Part shown: positions 27,312 to 41,320 of the stretch, one piece after another
Layout: each line of letters opens with the position of its first letter
How positions within the stretch are numbered: the first letter of the stretch is position 1
Origin: the human T2T-CHM13v2.0 reference genome, Homo sapiens
Strand: one strand, 5' to 3'
Assembly (NCBI RefSeq): GCF_009914755.1
Contig: NC_060928.1
Length of the DNA stretch: 64,000 nucleotides
Made by a program: the position numbers and the translations under genes
The notes under the pieces: model-generated
Told to the model about the DNA's origin: nothing
Seen by the model: the letters and a program-made list of their open reading frames with translations, nothing else
Databases searched by the model: none

Positions 27312-30300
27312 AAAAAGTATTTGATTCTATTTTAAAATTTTTGTGGGTACATAGTAAGCAAGTATATTTATGAGGTACATGAAATCTTTTGATACAGGCA
27401 TACAGTGTGTTAATAGACGTATAAGGTGTATACCATGTCAAAAGTTTATTCTTTGTGTTATCAAAAATCCAATTATACTCTTTTAGCTATTTTAAAATGT
27501 ACTATTAAATTATGTCTTACTATAATCACCCTGTTGTGCTAGCAAATAATAGGCCTTAGGTATTCTTTCTCACTATTGTTTTGTACCCATTAACCATCCC
27601 CATTTCTCCCCTATGCTTCCCCCTGCCCTCCAACCAATGTCTACCCTTTCCAACCTCGGGTAATCATCCTTCTACTTTCTATCTCTATGAGTTCAATTGT
27701 CATAAATTTTAGCACCCACAGAGAAGTGAGAACATGCAATGTTTATTTTTCTGTGCCTCGCTTATTTCACTTAACATAATGGCCTCCATTTCCATCGTGT
27801 TGTTGCAAATGACAGGATCTCATTCTTTTTTACAGCTGAATAGTATTACATTTTCTTTATCCACTCATGTGTTGCTGGACACCTAGGTTGTGGCCAAATC
27901 TTGGCTATTGTGAACAAAGCTGCAACAAACATGGGAGTGCAAATATTTCTTCAATATACTGATATACTGATTTCCTTTCTTTTGGGTATAAACCAAGGAA
28001 TGAGATTTCTGGTTCATGTGGTAGCTCTATTTTTAATTTTTTGAGAAATATCCAAACTGTTCTCCATAGTGGTTGTACTAATTTACATTCCCACCCATAG
28101 TGCTCAAGGGCTCCCTTTTCTCCACATCCTCGCCAGCACTTGTTATTGCCTGGCATTTGGATAAAAGCCATTTTAACTTGGGTGAGATGATATCTCATTG
28201 TAGTTTTGATTTGCATTTCTCTGATGATCAATTATGTTAAGCACTCTTTTATATACAAGTTTGCCATTATTATATCTTCTTTAGAGAAATGTCTATTCAG
28301 ATCATTTGGCCATTTTTTAATTGCATTATTAGATTCTTTTCTATAGAATTGTTTGAGCTCCTTACATATTCTGGTTATTAATCCCTTGTCAGATGGATAG
28401 TTTGCAAATATTTTATTTCATTCTGTGGGTTGTCTCTTCACTTTGTTGATTTTTTTCTTTGCTGTGCAGAACTTTTTAACTTGATGTGATTCCATTTGTC
28501 CATTTTTGTTTTGGATACCTGTGCCAGTGGGGCATTACTCAAAAAATCTTTGACAAATACAATGTCCTGGGGAGTTTCTCCAGTGTTTTCTTATAGTGGT
28601 TTCATAGTTTGAGATCCTATATTTAGCCTTTGATCCATTTTGATTTGATTTTTGTATATGGCAAAAGATAAGGGTCTAGTTTCACTCTTCTGCATATGGA
28701 TATTCAGTTTTCCCAGTACCATTTATTGAAGAAACTGTCTTTTCCCCCATATATGTTCCTGGAATCTTTGTAAAAAATGAGTTCACTATAGATGTGGATT
28801 GTTTCTAGGTTCTCTATTCTGTTCCATCAGTCTATGTTTCTGTTTTTATGCCAGTACCATATGGTTTTGGATACTATAGCTTTGTAGTACATTTAAAGTC
28901 AAGTAATGAGATTTCTCCAGTTTTATCGTTTTTGCTTAGAATTGTTTTGGCTATTTTGGGTCTTCTGTGGTTCCATATAAATTTTAGAATAGTTTTTTCT
29001 ATTTCTGTGAAGAATGTCATTGGTATTTTGTTAGGGATTGCATTAAATCTGTATATTGCTTTGGATAATAGGACATTTTAATGCTATTGATTCCTCTAAT
29101 CCACTAACATTGAATATATATTCTTTTTTTTTTCTGTGTCCCCTTCAATTTGGTGCATCAGCGTTTTATAGCTTTCACTGTAGAGGTCTATCATTTCTTT
29201 GGTTAATTCCTAGGTACTTTATTTTATCTGTAGCTATGGTAAATGGGATTGCTTTCTTCATTTCTTTTTCAGTTCTAATAGATTTCCATGGAAATGGTCA
29301 GATGGTTTTTGTAATTTACTGTTGATATGATGTATCACATTGATTGATTTGCAAGTGATTTGCATTGATAATATGTTGAACCATCCTTGCATCCCAGGGA
29401 TAAATCCCAGTTGGTCCTGATGAATTATCTTTTTAATGTGTTGTTGGATTCAGCTTGCCAATATTATGTTGAGGATTTTTACATCAATGTTCATCAGGGA
29501 TATTGGAATGGAGTTTTCTTTCTTTGATGTTTCTTTGCCGAGTTTTGGTAACAGGGTAATATTGGCTCCATAGAATGAGTTTGGAAGAATTCCCTCCTCC
29601 TCTATTTTCCAGAACAGTTTTGGCAGGATTGGTATTAATTCTTCTTTAAATGTTGGGAAAAATTCAGCAGTGAAGGCATCAGGTCTTGGGTTTTTCTTTG
29701 CTGGGAGACGTTTTATTATAGCTTCAATCTCATTACTTGTTATTGGTCTGTTTAGGTTTTGGATTTCTTCATGGTTCAGTCTTGGAAGGTAATATGTGTC
29801 TGAGAATTTATTAATTTCCTCTAGGTTTTCCAACTTATTAGCATATAGTTTCTCATAGTAGCCACTAATGATCGTTTGAATTTCTGTGGTATTGGTTGTA
29901 ATATCTCCTTTTTCATCTCTGATTTTATGTATTTGGGTCTTCTGTCTTTTTTTCTTAGTTAGTTTGGCTAAAGGTTTGTCAATTTTGTTTATCTTTTCAA
30001 AAAACAACCTTTTGGTAAGATTTGGTATTTTTCTTCATTTTTATTTCATGTATTTCTGCTCTGATCATTATTATTTATTTTATTCTACTAAGTTTGGGCT
30101 TATTTTGCTCTTGCTTTTCTAGTTCTTTAAGATGCATTGTTATGTTGTTTATTTGAAGTTTTTCTACTTTTTTAAAGTAGGCAGTTATTGCTATAGACTT
30201 TCCTGTTAGTACTGCTTTCACTGTATCCCACAGATTTTGTAATGCTTTGTTTCCATTAATGTTTGTTTCAATAAATTTTTCAATCTCCTTCTTAATTCCT

Positions 30301-33300
30301 TCGTTGATCCACTGGTCATTCAAGAGCCTATTGTTTAATTTCCATAAGTTTTTATAGTTTCCAAAGTTTCTGTTGTTATTAATTTCTACATTTATTTTAT
30401 TCTTGTCAGAGAAGATACTTAATATGATTTTAATTTTTTGAATGTTTTAAGACTTGTTTCCCCATGTGTTGGGGAAAAGAAAGTGTATTCTGCAGCTTGT
30501 GAATGAAATGTTCTGTAAATATCTATTAGGTCCATTTGTCTAGAGTGCAGAGTAAGCCTGATATTTCTTTGTTGGTTTTCAGTCTGGATGATCTGTCCAA
30601 TGCTGAAAGTGAGGTTTTGGAGTCTCCAGCTATTACTGTATTGGGGTTTATCTCTCTCTTTAGCTCTAATAATATTTGCTTTATATATCTGGGTGCTCCA
30701 GTGTTTGGTGCACATACATTTACAATTGTTATATTCTCTTTCTGAATTGATTCCTTTATCATTATATAATGACCTTCTTTGTCTCTATATAGTTTTTATT
30801 TTTTGTTTTGAAATCATTTTGTCCAATATAAGTATAGCTACTTTTGCTCTTTTTGGTTTCCATTTGCATGGAATATCTTTTTCCTTCCCTTTCTTTTTAA
30901 TCTGTGTCTGTCTTTATAGTTGAAATGTCTTTCTTGTAAGCAACCAATAGTTGGGTCTTCCTTTTTTAAATCTATTCAGCTACTCTATGTCTTTCTTTGG
31001 AAAGTTTAGTCAATTTATATTCCGTGTTATTATTAATAAGTAAAGACTTACTCCTGCCATCTTGTTATTTGTTTTCTGTCTGTTTTGTTTCTTTTCTTTC
31101 TTCCTGAATTTCTTTCAGTGAAGGTGATTTTCTCTGGTGGTATGTTCCAATTTCTTGCTTTTTACATTTTGTGTATCTGTTGCATGCTTTTTGATTTGTG
31201 GTTACCATTAGGCTTGCAAATAATATTTTATATCTTGGTATTTTAAACTAATGGCAACATTGATTGTGTAAACAAACTAATAAGCAAAGAGACAAGTAAA
31301 AAAGCTCTAAAATTTAGCTTCATCACCCAGCTTTTTAACTTTTTGTTGTTTCTACTTATGTTTTGTTATATTATGTCTGTCTATGTCTTGAAAAGTTGTA
31401 GTTATTATTTCCGATCAGTTCAATTTAGTGTTTCTACTAAAGATATGAATTGTTTGTACTTCACAATCATAATGTTTTAATATTAGTAATGTTTAGTAAT
31501 TAGTAATATTACTTAGTGTTTTACTGTGTGTTTAATATTACCAGTGAGTTCTGTACTTTCAGATGAGTTCTTATTGCTCATTAATGCCCTTTCTTTCAGA
31601 TTAAAGAACACTCGTTAGCATTTCTCATAGGACAGGTCTGGTGTTAATAAAATCCCTCAGCTTTTATTTGTCTGGGAGAGTCTTTATTTTTCCTTCAGAT
31701 TTGAAGGATATTTTCATTGGATACACTATTCTAGGGCAAACGTTTTTGCCTCAACACTTTAAATATGGCATGCCAGTCTCTCCAGGCCTGTAAGATTTCA
31801 ATGGAGAAGTCTACTGCCAGACATATTAGAGCTCCCTTGTGTGTTAATTTTTTTAATTTTCTCTTGATGCTTTTAGAATCATTTCTTTATCATTGACCTT
31901 TGTGAGTTTTATTATTAAATGTCTTGAAGTAGTCTTATTTGGATTAAATCTGCTTGGTGTTCTATAATCCTCTTGTACTTGAATATTGGTATCTTTCTCT
32001 AGGTTTGAGAAGTTCTTTGTTATTATCTCTTTGAATAAACTTTCTACTCTGATCACTTGTTTAAGATCCTCTTTTAAGGCCAATACACTACAATTTGCCC
32101 TTTTAAGGCTATTTTCTAGATCATATAGGCATCCTTCATTATTTTCTCTTCTTTTTTCTTTTGTCTCTTCTGAGTCTGAATTTTCAAGTAGCCTGTCTTC
32201 AAACTGACCAATTCTGTCTTCTGCTTGATCGATTCTGCTATTAAAAGATTCTGATCCATTATTTACTATGTCAATTGCATTTTTCAGCTCCAGTATTTCT
32301 GCTTGATTCTTTTAAGTTATTTCTATCTCTTTGTTAAATTTATATGATAGAATGCTGAGTTCCTTCTCTGTGTTATATTTAATTTCATTGAGCTTCCTCA
32401 AATAACTATTTTGAATTCTCTTTCTGAAAGGTCACATATCTCTGCCTCTCCAGGATTAGTATCTGGTGAGTACCTTAATTCATTTGGTGAGGTCGTGTTT
32501 TCCTGGATGGTCTTGATGCCTGTGGATGTTCATTAGTGTCTGGATGTTCATAGAGTCAAGTATTTATTGTAGTCTTCACAGTCTGAGCTTGTTTGTACCA
32601 ATTTATCCTAGGAAGGTTTTCCAAGTATTTGAAGGGACTTAGGTGTTATGACTTAAGTCTTTGGTCACTGCAGATTTATATGCATTAGGGTGCACCCCAA
32701 ACCCAATAATGCAGTGGCTCTGCAGTGATGTGCAAGGCCTGCAGTGACAACTGCCTAGCTACTGCCTATGTTCACTCAAACCCCAAGGGTTCTACAATCA
32801 GCAGGTAGTGAATCCAACCAGGTTGGTGCCCTTCTCTTCAGAGCAGTGAGTTGCCTGTGGCTCCAGGTGAGGTCTAGAGATGTCTTCTGGGAGCCAAGGC
32901 CTAGAGTCAGGAATCTCCTTGGTGCACTATTTTACTGTGGCTGACCTGGCAACCAAGCCACAAGGCCAAGCCCTTTCCACTCTTCCCTCCCCTTTCCTCA
33001 AGCAGGACTCTCTCACTGTAGCCACCACAACTGGGAATGTGCTGAGTCATACCTGAAGCCAGCACAGTTCTGAGTCTTATCGAAGGCCCCTGGCAAGTAC
33101 TGCCTGACTACCACTGCTGATTATTCAGGGCTGAAGGGCTCGTGAGTCAGCAGACCATGAATCCTACCAGGACTGGGTCCTTTCTGTCAAGGCAGCAGGT
33201 TCTCTTCTGGCCCAGAGTGTGCCCAGAAATGTTTTCTGGGAGGTGGGTCCTGGAAGTGGAGCCTCAGGACTCTTCCTGGTGCCCTATTACACTGTAGCTG

Positions 33301-34063
33301 AGCTGGCATCCAAGTTGCAAAACAGAGTCCTTCTATTATCACCTCTCCTCTCCTCAAGCAGAAGGAGGAAGTCTCTTCTGGAGCTGCAAGCTATATTGCC
33401 TGGGGTTGAGGGAGGGGTGACACAAGGACTACTTGGCCACCCAGGCTTGTATCTCATGTGCACTCCAAGTTCACTGGTTCTGAGCCTAGCACAGCACCAG
33501 AACTTGCCAGGAATTGCAGTCTTTGTGACCTAGACTGACTTTCTAGTTTATTAAGAACTCCAGAGCACTTTAGCCCATGATGGTGGGACTTGCCATAACT
33601 CAGGTTCTGACAACTGGGATGGACAATTTGCCTCTGGCTAGGGCTGGTCTAAATGTGCCCCTGTGGTTACCAACTGAATTCTGACATGTGCTGTTTTCTA
33701 CTATGACAAGGCAACACTGAGTTCCAATGCAAAGTCCCAATATCACTGCGCCTTCCCTCCAGCAAGCACCATATTCTCTCTCTGTGTCATGCAACTGCTG
33801 CCAGGAGGTGCGGGAGAGGTGCTGTAGGTGATTCAAGACTGTCTTTCTTGCCCTATTCAGTGCCTCTCTCTTTAATATGATGTTAAAACCAGGTACTGTG
33901 ATGCCTTACCTGATTTCTGGTTCTTATGAAGGTGGTTTTTTGTGTGGATAGTTGTTCAGTTTGGTGTTCCTGTGAATGGGTATGGTGCCATTTCTCTCAC
34001 TGCTGTCAAAAAAGAATTTCTCAAAAAACTGGAGTGTTTTATTTGGCCCTCTAGCTCTGCCTC
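27312..34063 (-). mobile_element. Near full-length L1MA (L1MA1-3-like), disrupted, RT core deleted
   Basis: L1MA 3'UTR (TTTTGTGGGTACATAG...CAATTATACTCTTTTAG). ORF2 remnant ~27709-31060 (ORFs 29450-30007 and 30526-30762 EN-like NVCAPNTGAP). ORF1 remnant in 31853-32083. Long 5'UTR to ~34063. Confidence 0.9.
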
Positions 34064-34577
34064 ACTTGAACATGTGATTATTTGTCATCTATATATATAT
34101 CCTTCAGTAAAATGTCTCTTTATGTCTTTGGCTAATTTTCAAATTCGATTGTTTGTTGTTTTTCTTTAACTGTTGAGTTTTGAAAGTTGCTTGGCTACTA
34201 ATCCTTTGTCAGATATATGGTTTGCAAATATTTTCTCCTACTCTGTAGTTTGTCTTTCATCCTCTTAATGGGATCTTTAACAAAACAAAAGTTTTACAAT
34301 TTGATGAAATCCACTATGTCACTTTTTCCTTTGACAGATTATGCTTTTGGTATCAAGTCTAACAACTCTTTGCCTGGGCCTAGATCTAAAAAATTTTCTC
34401 TTGTTTTTTTCTAAAACTTTTATTTTTAGGTGTTACATTTATGCCTGTGATACATTTTTAGTTATTTTTTGTATAAAGTGTGAGACAGGTTGAGATTCAC
34501 TTTTTTGTTGAAAAGGCTATTCTTTCTTCTTTCTCCATTGAATTGCTTTTGCATCTTTGTCAAAAATATGTTGGACA

Positions 34578-35550
34578 AGGACACACCAACAGAATAAAAA
34601 GGAAACCCATGAAATAGTCAAAAACATTTGCAAATCACATATCTGATAAGGGGTTAATATGCAGAATATATAAATGACTCCTAAAAGTCAGCAACAAAAA
34701 GCAAACAACTCAAATTTTAAAAATGGGCAAGGATTTGTAAGATATTTCTCCAAAGAAGATATAAAAATGGCCAGCGAATACATAAAAAGCTCAGCATCAA
34801 TAATCATTAGGAAAATGCAAAGCAATGCTACAATGGTATACTACTTCACACCTATTAGAATGGCTAGATTTTTTTAAAAGAAAAGAAAACAAAAATGAGT
34901 GTTGGAGAGGATGTGGCGGAATTGGAACCCTTGTATACTGTTGGTGATAAAGTAAAATAGTCAGCTGCTTTGGAAAGCAGTATGGCAGCTCCTCAAAAAA
35001 TTAAAAATAGAATTGTCGTATGATTTATCAATTCCACTTATGGGCATATATCTGAACGACCTTAAAGCAAGAACTCAGTTAATAATGCATATTCAAAGCA
35101 GCATTATTTGCAATAGTCAAAAGGTGGGAAAAAAATCTATTAATAGATAAATGAATAAACTTAACATGGTATTTACAATAGAATATTATTCAGCCCTAAA
35201 AATGAATAAAATTCTGATACATGCTATAACATGGATGAACCTTGAGAACATTATGCTAAGTAAAATATGCCAGTCACAAAAGGACAAATACTATATGATT
35301 CTACTTATATGAGGTACCCAGAGTAGTCAAATTTATAGAGACATAAAATAGAATTTTGGTTGCCAGAGGCTGGGGGTTGGGTAAAGCTTGGCGTTATTGT
35401 TAAATGGGTACAGAATTTCAGTTTTGCAGAATAAGAGGTCTGTGGCTGCATGGTGGCAATGGTTACACATTACGCCACTGAAATGTGCACTTAAAAATGA
35501 CTAAGAGGTAAATTTTATGTTTTGTATATTTTACAATAATAAAAAGAAGG
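34578..35550 (+). mobile_element. 5'-truncated L1MB, inserted opposite to the host L1MC
   Basis: ORF2 end plus L1MB 3'UTR (AGGTACCCAGAGTAGTCAAATTTATAGAGAC...TGGGTACAGAATTTCAGTTTTGCA). Degenerate TSD AAAATATGTTGGACA (34563-34577) / AAAATCAGTTGGGCA (35551-35565). Confidence 0.85.
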
Positions 35551-36024
35551 AAAATCAGTTGGGCATATTGCGTGGGATTTTTCTGTTTTCTATTTTGCTC
35601 TGTTGATCTTTTTGTGTATTCCTTGCCAATACTCCACAGTTTTGATATTGCAGCTCTGTAATACATATTTAAATAAAGTAGAATGACTTATTTTATTCCT
35701 CCTCTTCTACATAAATTTTAGGGTAATTGTCTACACACACACACACACATATATGTAAATCTAAATCTTGCTGAAATTTTGATGGAAGTTGCACTAAACC
35801 TGTACATCAATTTTGGGAGAACTGACATCTTTACTAACTGAGTCTTCCAATCCATGAATCTGTTGTTTCTCCGTTGATTTACATCTTCTCTGACTTATTT
35901 TATCAGCATTTTGTAATTTCCAGTATACAAGTTCTGTGAACATCTTTATTAGATTTACACAGAACTATTGCATCCTTCTGAGTGATTATTAAATGGTAGT
36001 GCATTTTTAATTTTTTGTCCATAT

Positions 36025-36180
36025 TAATAGAACAACTAGCCAGAAAATCATTAAGAATATAAAAATTCAACAATGCCATCAAACAACAGGATCTAATAGA
36101 CATGTGTAGAACATTCACCCAACAACAGCAGAATACATATTTTTTTTCAATTCCCATGTAACATATGCCAAAATAGACTC
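36025..36180 (+). mobile_element. Inverted L1 endonuclease-domain fragment inside the L1MC
   Basis: Sense-orientation CAACAGGATCTAATAGACATGTGTAGAACATTCACCCAACAACAGCAGAATACATATT (DLIDxYRTLHPTTAEYTFF-like), between antisense L1 segments. Confidence 0.7.
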
Positions 36181-36755
36181 TTCTTTTATAGTTTACTTTC
36201 TGTTTAGAAACCCTTCTTTAGCCACCCTTTTCAGGTAGATTTACTGGCAAAACATCCTTAGTTTTCCATTACTTAGGAGTGTTTTGATCTCTTCTTCATT
36301 CCTGTGAAAGATATTTTCAATAGATATGGAATTCTGGGTTGATTTTCAGTATTTGAACATTTTTGTGACACTTCTTTTTGGTCTCCAGGATTTCTGATGA
36401 GCAAACTGCTTGTTGTTCAAATTGTTTCTCTCCTATGGGTATGGTGCCATTTCTCTCACTGCTTTCAAGACAAAAACTTCTTTGTCTTTAGTTTTCAGAA
36501 ATCTGACTATGATGTTTCTTAACATGGACTTCTTTGGGTTTATCCAGTTTGGGATTTACTCAGCTTCTTAAATCTGTAGACTTGTGTCTTTTTCCAGCTT
36601 GGGTAATTTTTAGCATTATTTCTTCAAGTACTTTTTCAGGCTTATCTCTTTTCTCCTCTCCTCCCAGGAATCTGAATTCTTAAATGTTAGATCTTGTTTC
36701 ATACTCTCCCAGTTCCCATCTCCCAGATTCCAGGTCCAAGAGGCTTTGGCTCTGA

Positions 36756-37060
36756 TTTTTCTTTTCTTTTTTTTTTTTTGAGATGCAGTCTCGCTCTGTC
36801 TCCCAGGCTGGAGTGCAGTGGCGCAATCTCGGCTCACTGCAATCTCCTCCTCCAGGGTTCAAGTAATTCTCCCTGCCTCAGCCTCCCAAGTAGCTGGGAT
36901 CATAGGCAAATGCCACCACGCCCGGGTAATTTTTGTATTTTTTAGCAGAGAGGAGGTTTTGCTATGTTGGCCAGGCTGGTCTTCAACTGATCTCAGGTGA
37001 TCTGCCTGCCTCTACCTCCCAAAGTGTTGGGATTACAGGCGTGAGCCACCGCACCTGGCC
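36756..37060 (-). mobile_element. AluS (Sx-like)
   Basis: Antisense full dimer ending GTGAGCCACCGCACCTGGCC. Confidence 0.93.
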
Positions 37061-37930
37061 AGCTAGGATATTTTTGTTGTTGTTTTCTTTTGGGTTTTTT
37101 TGTTTTCATCTATTTTCTCTCTGTTCAGATTGGGTAATTCTATCATTCTATCTTCTGGTTCACTAATTCTTCCTTCTGCCCCACCCATTCTAGTACTGAG
37201 CTTATGCATTGAGGTTTATTTTATTTTATTTTATTTCATTTTATTTTATTTATTTTAGTTATGTATCTTGTAGTTCTAAAATTTCTAGTTGGTTTTTCTT
37301 TATATCTTCTGTTTCTTTGCTGATGGTTTTTATTTCTTTACTATCTAGTTTTTGCTTACTTCATACATGTTCTTACTGTTTCTTGGAGAATGTTCATGAC
37401 TGCTGCTTTACAGTACTTGTCAGATAATTCTAACAAGCCTGTCATTTCAGTATTGATTGTATTTTTTTTTACTCTGTTTGAGATCTTCCTGGTTCTTGCC
37501 ATTATGAATGCTTAATACTTGGCCATTTGGGGTATTATATTTTAAGAATCTGGATGTTATTTAAACCTTTTGTTTTATCTGGATTTCTTTGATACTATCC
37601 AGCAGAGTAAGAGGAACAGAGCTTTGTACCTGTCAGGGGAGGAGACAGATGTTCAGGTTCCCCACTTGGCCTCTATTGGCAGCCAAGGGTCTTCATTACT
37701 ACTGAGTGGGGGTGGGAATTCTAGGCCCCTTACTACAGCAATGTCTCCATGGCTGGGAGAAGTAGGAATTCCTTATTGCTTTTGCCTCACATGGTCCCCA
37801 TTAATACCATAGTGGGATGGTGGCCCCATTACTACTGGGCAATTGTGAAAATCATCACTCTCACTAGGTCTTCTCTGGCAGTGCCTCAACACAGAGAGTA
37901 CCTCATTCCTGCCAAGTAGGTGTGGAAGTG

Positions 37931-38572
<642 letters not shown>

Positions 38573-39439
38573 TACAAGATCCATGTACAACCACAAAATA
38601 CATGGTTTCCACTGAAACTGCAGGGGTGGGACCTCATCACCACTTGGCAGGGAAAAAAGTCCTGATTTCCCACTTAGCCTTCTCTGAAACCACCTTGAAA
38701 ACTGGCGAGGTTATAAGTCCAGGCTCTCTTGCTGGCATCGGCAGGGTTGGGCTGAAGTACAGTGGCTACTACCTAAAAGTATCATGTCTTCTTGCTAGGC
38801 TGCCCCTTTTCTGCTCCTTTGGTTAGGGAGAGCAGGTGTTTGACGGTTTTTTGTTTGTTTCTGTGTTCTGCCTGCACCCATTGGTTCTTCTCAGTTGCCA
38901 GCTTCTTCAGCTCTGAGTCTGGTATACATGAAGCAAAAATAGAAGCCAGGCAATTCACCACCATGTAATTCCTTAGGTCCCAAAATCTATAGCCAGTGTG
39001 TTGCCTTTTCTCCGTCATTCATCTTCTTGTGTTTGTTTTATCTCTAACGTCCAAGATTTTTAGATGTATTTATCAGGAGAAATAGGAAAAAGTATGCCAA
39101 CTTCTTCTTTCTGGAACAAAATTTCCAAATGCCATACCTTTGATTCCGTATCTGAACAGAGACCCTAAAGAAAGTGAACCCATTTTAAATTGTTGAGGGT
39201 TTTCACCAACATCTTTCCTCCCGGTTGTTTGTATTTCCATTTGTTATTAGCTTTTGTTTCTAGCCTTCTAAGGCAAATTCAGTTCATATCACTGCTTTAA
39301 AATCAAAAGCAATAAAAGCTTCTGTAACCAATTAGCAAATAATTTCCTGAAATTTATTTTTAGTTAAGGAAAAATAGAGAAGGAAGTATATCTTAGTTTT
39401 ATGTTTAAATTTTTACAGCCTATGTAGACAGCTTTAAAC

Positions 39440-39625
39440 TGGTCAGGCCAGTAGTTAAACGACTAGGATTCAAAGTGAAGCTATCTGCAGCTAAACCTAA
39501 CTTCACCACATACTACTTGTGTGGTCTTAGGAAAATAACATAACCTCTCCAACCTCCATTTCTTCCTTTTTAAAATGGAGAAAATATTAGTTCCCACATC
39601 TTAAAGCTATTGGGAGAATTAAGTG
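39440..39625 (+). mobile_element. MIR
   Basis: TGTGTGGTCTTAGGAAAATAACATAACCTCTCCAACCTCCATTTCTTCCTTTTTAAAATGG. Confidence 0.7.
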
Positions 39626-39774
39626 CCACATCCCAATCACAGACATTTCTCTCCCTTCAAAACTACCACTATTCTGAATTTTATAGTAATCCCTTCTTTA
39701 TTCTTTAAAAGACTGATATCACCAAATGTGTATACATAGGCACTATAATTTAAATATAACCACTTAACTTTCTT

Positions 39775-41320
39775 TTTTGAATAAATGTTTTATTTTGAAA
39801 TAGTTTTAGATTTACAGAAAAGTTGCAAAGATAATAGAGTTCCCATATATCTCACACTCACTTTCCCCTATTGCTAACATCATACATTATTATTATACAT
39901 TTGTTGCAACTAAGCAGCCAATATTCGTGCCTTACACTTAACTGGAATCGGCAGTTTATTCAGATTTTTTTTTTGTTTTGTCTGCTTGTTTGTTTTAGAG
40001 ATGGAGTCTCCCCTCTGTTGCCCAGCTTTGAGTGCAGTGGCACAATCACAGCTCACTGCAGCCTCGACCTCCTGTCCTTAAGTGATCCTCCTGCCTTGGC
40101 CTCCCTAGTGGCTGGGACTGCAGGCACATGCCACCAAGCCCAGCTAATTTATTTTGGCTGTAGAGATGAGGTCTTGCTATGTTGACTAGGCTGGCATATT
40201 TCCTTAGTTTGAATATAATGTCCTTTTCTGTTCTAAGGTCGCAGACAGGATACATTACATTTTGTCAGTTTGTATCATTAGGCTTCTCTTGACTGTGACA
40301 GTTTGTCAGTCTTTTCCTTTTTGTAACTTTGACAGTTTTGAGGAGTACTGGTCAGGTATTCTATAGAACATCCCTCAATTGAGGCTTGTCTGATGTTTTT
40401 TCACTATTAGACTAGAGTTGCGGGTTTTAGGGAGGAAGCACAACAAAGGTAAAATGCCACTGTAATGACATCACATCTAGAGTATATACTATCATCATTA
40501 CTTAGGAAGGTTGATATTCACCTTGGTTACCTGACTGAGGCAATGTTTTGCAGGTTTCTCCACTGCAAAGTCACTTCTCACTCTGCTTGCCGTGCTGTGC
40601 TCTTTGAAAGGAAGTCACTTTATGCAGCTCCTTCTTAATGGATGGGGAGTCATGCTCCACCTGCTTGAGGGTAAATTATCTACATAATTTATTTGGAACT
40701 CATCTCCATGGGATTTTTATCTCATTTCTCTCATTTTTTTTATTCAATTGTTTATTTCTATCTGTATGGACTCACGGATATGTATTTTGTACTCTGAGTT
40801 ATAAGCCAATACTACTTTATTTTGTTGCTCAAAGTATCCAGATTTGATCATGGGGAACTCTTTCAGTTGCCTTCTATGTCCTTTTGACATATCCTTATCT
40901 TTGTGAGTTTTTTTTTAGCACTTTTTTAGTTTCTGGCATTACAAGATGCTCCAGACTCATCTTGTATATTTGTATTTTCTGCCCCAGTCCTAGTATCAGC
41001 CATTTCTCCAAGGATCCCTGGTTTATTTTACTGAAGAATGAAGAAACCAAAATCTGGATACTGAGTATGCTCATTGTTACTGTGTTGTTGTTGCTTCAAG
41101 ACCCTCTCAGTTCAGACATCAAGGTAATATATGCATGTATACTAACCCATGTATATTCACATATCTACAAATATTTCTATATGTATCCACCTGGATCAAT
41201 ATTAATCTAAACAAAAGTTCATATCAACCCCTCCAACTCTAATCCATCACTATATGGATCATTCCAGCCTTCTTCCTGGCATGTCTATAATCTTTTATTG
41301 CAACACTGAAAATTTGCACC
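39775..41320 (-). mobile_element. L1MC4-like 3'UTR
   Basis: TTTTAGATTTACAGAAAAGTTGCAAAGATA; GACAGTTTTGAGGAGTACTGGTCAGG; CAGCCATTTCTCCAAGGATCCCTGG. Confidence 0.8.
39965..40194 (-). mobile_element. 5'-truncated AluJ
   Basis: CACAGCTCACTGCAGCCTCGACCTCC...AAGTGATCCTCCTGCC. The left arm ends at CTAGGCTGG; short CAGATTTT/CATATTTT flanks. Confidence 0.9.

Noticed and set aside
29450-30762. Longest ORFs (up to 185 aa) as host genes
   Set aside because: They are clear LINE-1 ORF2p fragments inside a disrupted L1MA.
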